Below, piece by piece: positions 12,758-21,849 of a DNA stretch of 64,000 nucleotides. A program made the translations under genes and the position numbers. Under the pieces are notes generated by a model, which made no database searches, had not been told where the DNA came from, and saw only the letters and a program-made list of their open reading frames with translations. The stretch's first letter is position 1, and every line of letters begins with the position of its first letter. The stretch comes from Clostridiales bacterium (GTDB lineage Bacteria > Bacillota > Clostridia > Oscillospirales > CAG-272): NCBI GenBank assembly GCA_016288155.1, contig JAEEYP010000095.1, positions 107-64,106 on the forward strand, in the 5' to 3' direction.

Positions 12758-13471
12758 ATGGAACATGAAAAGATCGGCATCATCGCCGCTATGCGCGTGG
12801 AGGCGGAGCATCTGCTCGACGCGCTGAACGACCGCACCGACGAGTGCGTCGGTTCCATCCGCTTTTCCGTCGGGACGATCGGCGGTCACGACGTCGTGCT
12901 CGCCGTCTGCGGCGTCGGCAAGGTATTCGCCGCCATGTGCGCACAGACGATGATCGTCCGCTACGGCGTCACGATGATCTGGAATACAGGTGCCGCCGGA
13001 ACGCTGACGGAAGAACTCTCCGTCGGCGACTACGCCGTCGCCTCCGACGTCGTGATGCACGACATGGATACCTCGCCGCTCGGCGATCCGGTCGGATGGA
13101 TCTCCGGACTGGACCGGATCCGCATGGAGACCGATCCGACGCTGCGCGACCGCTTCGCCGCCGCCGTCGATGCCGCCGGAGGGCGGTACCGTGTCGGGAC
13201 GATCGCGTCCGGCGACACCTTCGTCGCCTCGGCGGATAAAAAACTGGCGCTGCGCGAACGTTTCGGCGCCGTCGCCTGCGAAATGGAAGGCGCCGCCATC
13301 GGGCAGGTCTGCACCGCCAACGGCGTCCCCTTCCTCGTCCTGCGCGCGATCTCGGACGGCGGGGACGAGGACGCTGCCGTCGATTTTCCGACCTTCGTTA
13401 CCCGCGCCGCCGCCCGCTCGTCAAAAATCGTGCTTGACGTATTGAACGGAGCAGCGGGGGACGCCTTTTGA
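12758..13471 (+). CDS. mtnN: 5'-methylthioadenosine/S-adenosylhomocysteine nucleosidase
   Basis: Start moved to ATG 12758 (SD AAGGAGA at 12741). MEHEKIGIIAAMRVEAEHL...GVGKV...ACEMEGAAIGQVC...LVLRAISD motifs. Confidence 0.88.
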   Translation: MEHEKIGIIAAMRVEAEHLLDALNDRTDECVGSIRFSVGTIGGHDVVLAVCGVGKVFAAMCAQTMIVRYGVTMIWNTGAAGTLTEELSVGDYAVASDVVMHDMDTSPLGDPVGWISGLDRIRMETDPTLRDRFAAAVDAAGGRYRVGTIASGDTFVASADKKLALRERFGAVACEMEGAAIGQVCTANGVPFLVLRAISDGGDEDAAVDFPTFVTRAAARSSKIVLDVLNGAAGDAF

Positions 13472-13653
13472 AAAAGGCGCCCCAGCAGAATGCGCTCGCG
13501 CGTTCTGCACCCCCCTTGCGAAAACCTTTATATAAAAAGAATGACAAGGTAAAGCGATAATCCAGCACTAAGGTTTTCGCTTTCCCTTGTTTTGTTTTTG
13601 CCATTAAGGTTTTCGAGGGGTCTGAGGGGGACCTTTTTCAAAAGGTCCCCCTC
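13457..13653. repeat. hairpin/inverted-repeat cluster in convergent intergenic region
   Basis: Hairpins at 13457-13483 (spans the mtnN stop), 13485-13508 (10 bp) and 13624-13653 (GAGGGGGACCTTTT/AAAAGGTCCCCCTC). The 10-mer AAGGTTTTCG occurs at 13570 and 13606, and inverted at 13519. Confidence 0.6.
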
Positions 13654-13661
13654 ATCGTTTC

Positions 13662-14477
13662 CTATAGTCTATACCCGATCCGCTCGCCGCAGCGGACGGG
13701 GATCTCGTCCGGGCACTCGATGCGTTCCGGCGGGACGCCGATCCGTCCGGGTTCCGTGAGGAGCACGATCGTGCTCCCTCCGTAGAGGAACATACCCTTC
13801 TCCTCGCCGCGGCGGACGGCGCCGGGACCGTCGCGGTTCACGATCCGCCCGACGAGCATCGCGCCGATCTCGATCTGCGCGATCGTGCCGAAGCGTTCCG
13901 TTTGGATCATCGTGTATTCGCGGCAGTTTTCGACGAACACGGGGCGCTCCCGCAAAGCGATCGGCCGGACGGTGTGGAGCGCGCCGGGCAGGAACACGTT
14001 CTCCCCCTTCACGCCGTCCGCGGGATACACGTACCGATGATAATGATGGACGCAGAGACGGAACACGAAGCAGAGCCCGTCCCGATACCGCTCCGCCGCA
14101 TCGTCGCCGCCGAGCAGATCCCGCACCGTGTACTCGCTCTCCTTCAGCGGAAAGACCGTTCCCTCGCGGATCGGCAGGATGCGCAAGAGCCCGTCGCACG
14201 GAGAGAGAAGCGCGTCCGGATCCGGATCGGGGACCCGGCACTCCGGCCGAAGGCGGCGCGTGAAGCACGCGTTGAAGGTGGGGAATTCCGTCGTTTCCGC
14301 TTCCGTGAGATCGATGCCGTTCTTTTTCACGAACGGACGGATCCATACGCGCGAGAGCGGAGAATCGAGATACCGCCCGACGAGGCGGGACAGCCCGCGT
14401 CCGGCGAGAGGCCGGAGCAGAAGCCGCCCGGGCGCGGTATGATACAGGAAGCGGAGCAGTTTTCCTTCCTCAGCCAT
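13662..14477 (-). CDS. psd: phosphatidylserine decarboxylase proenzyme
   Basis: 271 aa. Self-cleavage motif in FLYGGSTIVLL. Overlaps pssA by 8 nt. Confidence 0.88.
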   Translation of the reverse strand: MAEEGKLLRFLYHTAPGRLLLRPLAGRGLSRLVGRYLDSPLSRVWIRPFVKKNGIDLTEAETTEFPTFNACFTRRLRPECRVPDPDPDALLSPCDGLLRILPIREGTVFPLKESEYTVRDLLGGDDAAERYRDGLCFVFRLCVHHYHRYVYPADGVKGENVFLPGALHTVRPIALRERPVFVENCREYTMIQTERFGTIAQIEIGAMLVGRIVNRDGPGAVRRGEEKGMFLYGGSTIVLLTEPGRIGVPPERIECPDEIPVRCGERIGYRL

Positions 14478-15183
14478 GTCTTGCTATATGAATGATATGC
14501 AGAATCAGCACGAGAAGGAATTCCACGGCGCCGATCCCCACGAGGATCAGGATCCCGCGCATCCCCGGCTTGACGATGCGGATCTTCGACAGGAACGCAA
14601 ATCCCATGAGGAGCGCCAGCGTGTAATAGACCGGCGTCAGATTGACTCCGAACGTATACTGGAGCACCATCGTCAGCGGGAAGATCAGCGCCGCCGTCGT
14701 CACGGGGACGCCGGTATAGAACTTGCGGCAGCCGCTCTCCGTCTTCTGCCGCTCCTCCTCCGTCACGTTGAAATACGCGAGACGGATCGTCGCCGCCAGC
14801 ATGTACCAGAGCAGGACGGCGTAGAGCAGGCCCCGCAGGAGCAGGGATACGGGATACTTCACAGCCGTCAGATCCGCAAGATACGCGGAGACGACCGGCG
14901 AGCGAAGCATGGCGGCGCCGATGCAGGCGGGAAGCACGCCAAACGCCACGATATCCGATAGCGAGTCGATCTGGATGCCGTAGCGGCATTCCATCTCCAG
15001 GCGGTCCTTCTTCGTGCGCGCCACCTTCCCGTCAAACGCATCGCACAATCCGCAGATGAGCAGGCAGAGGATCCCGGCATACGGGTGCCCGTTCGGGCCG
15101 CTGAGCGAAACGATGATCCCCGCTCCCGCGGTCAGGAGGGAGAGATAGGTCAGTATCACCGTATAGTTATAATATCCGATCAT
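14470..15183 (-). CDS. pssA: CDP-diacylglycerol--serine O-phosphatidyltransferase
   Basis: Start moved to MIGYYNYTVILTY (ATG 15183). CDP-alcohol phosphatidyltransferase motif DAFDGKVARTKKDRLEMECRYGIQIDSLSD. Confidence 0.88.
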   Translation of the reverse strand: MIGYYNYTVILTYLSLLTAGAGIIVSLSGPNGHPYAGILCLLICGLCDAFDGKVARTKKDRLEMECRYGIQIDSLSDIVAFGVLPACIGAAMLRSPVVSAYLADLTAVKYPVSLLLRGLLYAVLLWYMLAATIRLAYFNVTEEERQKTESGCRKFYTGVPVTTAALIFPLTMVLQYTFGVNLTPVYYTLALLMGFAFLSKIRIVKPGMRGILILVGIGAVEFLLVLILHIIHIARHG

Positions 15184-15379
15184 GGAAAAGACCGTGCCTT
15201 TCCTCAAAACTGATAACGATCTCCCGGATCTCACACGGGCGGCGAAACGACGTGATCCCCCGTCAAAAACAGCCCGTTCCGGTCAAAACACCGTATCTTA
15301 TATACATTATAGCATAAAAGTGAACAAAATACAACAATTCACGACCATTTCTGAAAAACCTGTTAAAAACAGATTCCGG

Positions 15380-15408
15380 TTGACAGCCTTGTCCTCCTGT
15401 GATATAAT
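15380..15408 (+). promoter_or_regulatory. consensus sigma-A promoter for the GH110-like pair
   Basis: TTGACA (15380-15385), 17-nt spacer, TGaTATAAT (-10 at 15403-15408). Confidence 0.7.
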
Positions 15409-15459
15409 TGTCCGTAACCGGTCACGCGATATTTTACCTGCCGAAAGGATCAACCGCTT

Positions 15460-17097
15460 ATGAAGCCTGCCGATCTGCCCGGGACCGTCGCCGTCTCGCT
15501 CTCCGATTTCACGGACGGGCCGCGCGGCGCGGACGACACCGCGCTCTTTGCCCGCGCCATGGACTACTGCCGGGACAACCCCAGCACGACGCTGATCGTC
15601 CCGCCCGGCACGTATACCGTCACCTCCGCGCTGGCGCGCGAGACGCGGGAGCACGTGCTGCGCGGCGACTGGGGCGCCAATCCCCAGCCGACGATGTTCA
15701 CCCCGAAATTCCCGTATTCCGTCGGCATCGATTTCCGCGGTCAGAAGGGGACGACCGTCCTCGCGCGCGGCGCGACGCTGATGGTCGACGGCTTTATGGA
15801 GCCGGTCTCCCTGCGCGACTGCGAAAACGTGCATCTGGTCGGACTGACGATCGACCACACGCGCAAACCGTACAGCCGTGCCGTCGTGCGCGAGGTCGAC
15901 GACAAGGCGGAAGGCGATATGATCCCCGCCGTGCTCGTCTTCGACGCGGAGACGCCGCTCGTTCCTCCGTCCGACGGCGTGCGCGGCACGGAGCTGATGC
16001 TGCGCTATATCGCCTGTGATCCGAGGACGGGCCGCCGCGTCCGCCCCGGCATCCGCATCGACCGGATCGCCGACGAACGCACCGTATACTGTCACGTCAG
16101 CCGGGACCTCCGCCCCGGAATGCTGTTCTACTGCATCCACACCTACCATTCCCGTCCCGCCATCCTCATCGAGCGGGCGGAAAACGTCCGTCTCACCGAC
16201 GTCACGATCCACAGCCAGCCCGGTATGGGCATCGTCGGCAACCGCAGCGAGAACCTCACGTTCACCCGTCTGCACGTCGTTCCCTCCGCCGGTCATCACT
16301 GGTCCACGAACACGGACGCCACGCACTTCACCTCGATCAAGGGACTGCTCCGTTTCGAGGACTGCGAATTCGAGGGACAGGGCGACGATTCCACGAACGT
16401 GCACGGATATTATCAGGCGATCGTCCGCCGTGAGAGCGATACCGTCGCGTACCTGCAGGAGAAGACGCCGGACGGCACGCACGCGCAGTCGCTCGATTAC
16501 CCCGATCCGGGCGACGTCATGGAGCTGACCTCCTATCATACGCTGGAGGTCGCGGATACGTACCGCGTCGTGGAATGCACGCCGATGCCGGACGAGTGGA
16601 TGTGCCGCGTCGTGCTCGACCATCCGCTCCCCAAGGTCACGGACGGCTGGCTGCTCACCGACGTCACGCGCCTGCCGCGGCTGGAGTTCGTCGGATGCAC
16701 GTGCAGCAATCATTTTGCCCGCGGCATCCTTATCAAGACCCGTTCCGTCCTCGTGGAGGGGAATACGTTCCGGAACGTATTCGGCGCCGCCGTCAAGGTG
16801 GCGGCGGAAGCGTCGTGGTGCGAAAGCGCCAGCCCCGCCGACGTCGTGATCCGCGGCAATCGCATCCTGTACTGCAGCGGCGAAGCCGGGATCGCCGTCT
16901 ACGCGGACTCGGACGATCCGAGGGGACAGAGCATCTTCCGCGTCACGATCGAGGACAACGTCATCGACGAACCGGGGAACGCCCACGCGATCCTCTGCCG
17001 GAACGTGCGGGGGCTGACGATCGCCCGCAATCACGCCTGCGTCGCCGGCACGCCCGTCGTGATCGAACACTGCGCAGACGTCTCTTGTGACGCCTGA
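15460..17097 (+). CDS. right-handed beta-helix glycosidase, GH110 (alpha-1,3-galactosidase)-like, copy 1
   Basis: 545 aa. Recalled GH110 motifs: HSQPGMGIVG, STNTDATHFTSIKGLLRFEDCEFEGQGDDSTNVHGYY, NHFARGILIKTRSVLVEGNTF. No signal peptide. Confidence 0.55.
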   Translation: MKPADLPGTVAVSLSDFTDGPRGADDTALFARAMDYCRDNPSTTLIVPPGTYTVTSALARETREHVLRGDWGANPQPTMFTPKFPYSVGIDFRGQKGTTVLARGATLMVDGFMEPVSLRDCENVHLVGLTIDHTRKPYSRAVVREVDDKAEGDMIPAVLVFDAETPLVPPSDGVRGTELMLRYIACDPRTGRRVRPGIRIDRIADERTVYCHVSRDLRPGMLFYCIHTYHSRPAILIERAENVRLTDVTIHSQPGMGIVGNRSENLTFTRLHVVPSAGHHWSTNTDATHFTSIKGLLRFEDCEFEGQGDDSTNVHGYYQAIVRRESDTVAYLQEKTPDGTHAQSLDYPDPGDVMELTSYHTLEVADTYRVVECTPMPDEWMCRVVLDHPLPKVTDGWLLTDVTRLPRLEFVGCTCSNHFARGILIKTRSVLVEGNTFRNVFGAAVKVAAEASWCESASPADVVIRGNRILYCSGEAGIAVYADSDDPRGQSIFRVTIEDNVIDEPGNAHAILCRNVRGLTIARNHACVAGTPVVIEHCADVSCDA

Positions 17098-17151
17098 GCA
17101 CGGCCATCTAAAGCAAGCACCCGATCTTATTCTGCCGAAAGGAAACGAATT

Positions 17152-18822
17152 ATGGAACAGACCGAACGCACCGGCACCGCCGTCTCGCTCGCCGACTTCA
17201 TGACCGAGCCGCGCGGCGAGGACGATACCGCACTCCTTGCCCGTGCCATGGACTACTGCCGGGAACATCCCGGCACGACGCTGACCGTTCCGCCCGGCGT
17301 CTATACCGTCACCTCCGCCCTGGCGCGCGAGGAGATGGAACACGTCCTGCGCGGCGACTGGGGCACCTATCCGCCCGCCCCCCAGCCGACGATGTTCAAC
17401 CCGAAGTATCCGTACACCGTCGGCGTCGATTTCCGCGGGCAGTCGGGCACGACGGTCCTCGCCTACGGCGCGACGCTGATGGTCGACGGCTTCATGGAGC
17501 CGCTCTCCCTGCGCGACTGCCGTGACGTGCATCTTGCCGGTCTGACGATCGATCATAAGCGCAAGCCGTACAGCCGCGCCGTCGTGCGTGAGGTCGACGA
17601 CAGCGCCGAGGGCGACATGATCCCCGCCGTACTCGAGTTCGATGCGGAGACCCCGATCGTCCCGCCGTCCGACGGCGTGACCGGCACGGGGCTTTTGCTC
17701 CGGTATTTCTTCTGCGATCGGTGCACCGGACAGCGCATCTTCAAGAAGATCGTCAATATCGAGATCGTCTCGTTCGACCGCTTCGACAACGAGCGCACCG
17801 TGCATTGTCACGTCACCCGGGACATCCGCCCCGGCATGTACTATTACTGCTATCATACGCTCCATTCCCGTCCCGCCATCCTCATCGAGCGCGCGGAGAA
17901 CGTCCGCCTCACCGACGTGACGATCCACAGCCAGCCCGGCATGGGCATCGTCGGCAACCGCAGCGAGAACGTCACGCTCACCCGTCTGCGCATCGTTCCG
18001 AGTGCCGGGCACCACTGCTCCACGAACACGGACGCCACGCATTTCACCTCGATCAAGGGACTGCTCCGCTATGAGGACTGCGAATTCGAGGGACAGGGCG
18101 ACGACGCCGTCAACGTGCACGGGTATTATCAGGATATCGTCCGGCGCGAGAGCGCTGCGACGGTCTGCATCCAGGCGAAGCCGTTCGACGGCACGCACGC
18201 GCAGTCACTCGATTATCCCGACGCAGGCGATCTCATGGAACTGACCAACTTCTCCTCCCTCGAAGTCCGGGACACGTACCGCGTCCTCGAATCCACGCCG
18301 CTGCCGGACGAGTGGATGTGCCGCGTCACCCTCGACCATCCGCTCCCCGAGGAAACGGGCGGCTGGGTACTCGCCGACGTCACCCGCCTGCCGCGGCTGG
18401 AGTTCGTCGGATGCACCTGCATCGACCACGAAGCGAACGGGCTGTGCATACGGACCCGTTCCGCGCTCGTCGAAGGAAATCTGTTCCGCGATCTGCTCGG
18501 CAGCGGCGTCAAGGTGGCCTTGGAACCCGCCTGGTGGGAATCCGCCGCCGCCGCCGACGTCGTGATCCGCGGTAACCGGATCATCCGCTGCGGAGAAGGC
18601 GACTGGTGCGCCGCCGTCAAGGTCTACGCCAACTCGAGCAAGCCGGAGGGGCAGTACATCCGCCGCGTCACGATCGAAGACAATATCATCGACCAGTCCG
18701 GTCATCCCCACGGGATCGTCTGCCGGAACGTGGAAGGACTGACGATCGCCCGCAACCATATCTGCACGGACGGCAGTCCCGTCGAGATCGAATACTGCAC
18801 GGACGTCTCCTGCGACGTCTGA
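17152..18822 (+). CDS. right-handed beta-helix glycosidase, GH110-like, copy 2
   Basis: 556 aa, collinear with copy 1 over its full length. Same motifs (TNTDATHFTSIKGLLRYEDCEFEGQGDDAVNVHGYY). Extra lower-GC insert CDRCTGQRIFKKIVNIEIVSFDRF. Confidence 0.55.
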   Translation: MEQTERTGTAVSLADFMTEPRGEDDTALLARAMDYCREHPGTTLTVPPGVYTVTSALAREEMEHVLRGDWGTYPPAPQPTMFNPKYPYTVGVDFRGQSGTTVLAYGATLMVDGFMEPLSLRDCRDVHLAGLTIDHKRKPYSRAVVREVDDSAEGDMIPAVLEFDAETPIVPPSDGVTGTGLLLRYFFCDRCTGQRIFKKIVNIEIVSFDRFDNERTVHCHVTRDIRPGMYYYCYHTLHSRPAILIERAENVRLTDVTIHSQPGMGIVGNRSENVTLTRLRIVPSAGHHCSTNTDATHFTSIKGLLRYEDCEFEGQGDDAVNVHGYYQDIVRRESAATVCIQAKPFDGTHAQSLDYPDAGDLMELTNFSSLEVRDTYRVLESTPLPDEWMCRVTLDHPLPEETGGWVLADVTRLPRLEFVGCTCIDHEANGLCIRTRSALVEGNLFRDLLGSGVKVALEPAWWESAAAADVVIRGNRIIRCGEGDWCAAVKVYANSSKPEGQYIRRVTIEDNIIDQSGHPHGIVCRNVEGLTIARNHICTDGSPVEIEYCTDVSCDV

Positions 18823-18834
18823 CCATACGCGCAC

Positions 18835-18870
18835 GAAAAAACGGCGGACAGGATCCTGTCCGCCGTTTTC
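18835..18870. terminator. bidirectional rho-independent terminator
   Basis: AAAAAA-ACGGCGGACAGG-AT-CCTGTCCGCCGT-TTTT between convergent GH110-like copy 2 and mscL. Confidence 0.85.
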
Positions 18871-18886
18871 TTGTGCCGATACCGGA

Positions 18887-19399
18887 TTACTTCTTCAGGG
18901 ATGCGGCGATGTCGCGCAGAAGCGCCATTTCCTCCGCACGCTCGTCGAGAAGACGCTGCTTCTCCGCCGCGGCCTCGGCGTCCGCTTTTTCCTTCTCTTC
19001 CTTCGCCTCGGCGTCGGCTTTCGCCTTCGCTTCCTCGGCGGCCTTCGTCTCTTCCTCGTTCGCTTTGGCCTTCGCCTTCATGATGACGCGCAGCACGCAG
19101 AAGATCGAAAGCGCGATGATGAGAAAATCAAGGATCGTCTGAATGAAGTTGCCGTACCGCAGAGCGACCTCCGCCGTGGCGACGGCGCCCTCCGCATCGA
19201 GGACGGCCTCCTTGAGGACGACCTTCCATTCCGCCACATCCAGTCCGCCGACCGCCAGGCCGACCAGAGGCATGATGATATCCGCCACGAGACTGGAGGT
19301 GATCTTGCCGAACGCGCCGCCGATCACAACGCCGACGGCCATATCCAGCACGTTGCCCTTTGCGATGAACGTCTTGAAATCAGACCAGAATTTACCCAT
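18887..19399 (-). CDS. mscL: large-conductance mechanosensitive channel with K/A/E-rich C-terminal extension
   Basis: 170 aa. FKTFIAKGNVLDMAVGVVIGGAFGKITSSLVADIIMPLVG is the canonical MscL N-terminus. Confidence 0.93.
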   Translation of the reverse strand: MGKFWSDFKTFIAKGNVLDMAVGVVIGGAFGKITSSLVADIIMPLVGLAVGGLDVAEWKVVLKEAVLDAEGAVATAEVALRYGNFIQTILDFLIIALSIFCVLRVIMKAKAKANEEETKAAEEAKAKADAEAKEEKEKADAEAAAEKQRLLDERAEEMALLRDIAASLKK

Positions 19400-19433
19400 G
19401 GTATTCTCCTTTCACAGTTTGGACTGCACGTTT

Positions 19434-19462
19434 ATTATACACCACCGCACTGCGATGCGCAA
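19434..19462 (-). promoter_or_regulatory. candidate sigma-A promoter for mscL
   Basis: Minus strand: TTGCGC, 17-nt spacer, TATAAT. About 30 nt upstream of the SD AAAGGAGAA. Confidence 0.55.
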
Positions 19463-19530
19463 GCATTATTTTCGAATTGCCCGTTTTTTTTCCGTTTTTT
19501 CCCGCCTCCGGGCGGAAGGATCGCTTCAAA

Positions 19531-19564
19531 CAGCAAAAGGGGGAGGAGCCGAAGCTCCTCCCCC
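19531..19564 (-). terminator. groESL terminator
   Basis: Minus strand: GGGGGAGGAGC-TTCG-GCTCCTCCCCC followed by TTTTGCTGTTTG. Confidence 0.85.
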
Positions 19565-19595
19565 TCTGTCGGTTTGCTTTATACCGGTCGGCGCA

Positions 19596-21239
<1,644 letters not shown>

Positions 21240-21253
21240 TCATTCCTCCGTTC

Positions 21254-21538
21254 TTATTCTACGATCGCCAGAATATCGCCCTGACGGACGATGTTGTATT
21301 CCTTGCCGTCGCACTTGACTTCCGTTCCGGCGTACTTGCTGGTGATGACCTTGTCGCCGACCTTCACGGTCATCGTGACTTCCTTGCCGTCCACGAGCCC
21401 GCCCGGTCCGACGGCGATAACGGTCGCCATCTGCGGCTTTTCCTTCGCGGTCCCCGGAAGAACGATACCGCTCTTCGTGGTCTCTTCCGCTTCCACTGCA
21501 CAGACAACTACACGGTCTGCCAAAGGTTTGATAGTCAT
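21254..21538 (-). CDS. groES: co-chaperonin GroES
   Basis: Start moved to MTIKPLADRVVV (ATG 21538), giving 94 aa. Confidence 0.97.
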   Translation of the reverse strand: MTIKPLADRVVVCAVEAEETTKSGIVLPGTAKEKPQMATVIAVGPGGLVDGKEVTMTVKVGDKVITSKYAGTEVKCDGKEYNIVRQGDILAIVE

Positions 21539-21588
21539 ACGTAACCTCCTGTAATCGATAGAGAATATATGATTCTGTATGCTCGGGA

Positions 21589-21615
21589 TTAGCACTCATA
21601 TTTTTTGAGTGCCAA
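21589..21615 (-). promoter_or_regulatory. CIRCE operator (HrcA binding site)
   Basis: TTAGCACTC-N9-GAGTGCCAA, one mismatch to the consensus TTAGCACTC-N9-GAGTGCTAA. Lies between the promoter and groES. Confidence 0.9.
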
Positions 21616-21629
21616 CCTTTACGCGTATT

Positions 21630-21658
21630 ATTCTATACCGAACCGGCGTAAAAATCAA
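21630..21658 (-). promoter_or_regulatory. candidate sigma-A promoter for groES-groEL
   Basis: Minus strand: TTGATT, 17-nt spacer, TAGAAT. CIRCE begins ~15 nt downstream. Confidence 0.6.
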
Positions 21659-21849
21659 GGGATTTTTCGAATATTCACATATTTTTAACATTTGTTCCGG
21701 GCATTTCCTTTATTCTCTCCCTCCCTGAGTGCTAAACGGGATGCCGTCCGCATACACTGGCGAAAGGGATCTCCGCCGATGCGGCGAGGGGAGGAGGAAG
21801 AGATACGGAAACGTGGAACCTCTGGCTCGGCGGGATTCTGACGCCGCTT

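Larger units (their letters stand above)
15445..18822 (+). repeat. tandem gene duplication (two ~1.65-kb units)
   Basis: The two CDSs are alignable end to end. The duplicated unit includes the RBS context CTGCCGAAAGGA (15439-15450 and 17133-17144). Confidence 0.8.

Noticed and set aside
19452-19462. The 11-nt identity TTGCGCATCGC shared by the mscL promoter (19452-19462, minus strand) and the 39725 promoter. A TTGCGC -35 also occurs at 57333-57338.
   Set aside because: TTGCGC is simply a GC-shifted -35 hexamer. Five extra matching bases in two promoters is within chance, and there is no dyad symmetry.
21727-21735. A second CIRCE-like half-site, GAGTGCTAA, upstream of the alanine symporter gene.
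   Set aside because: There is no matching TTAGCACTC half 9 nt upstream, so it is not a complete inverted repeat. Likely chance.
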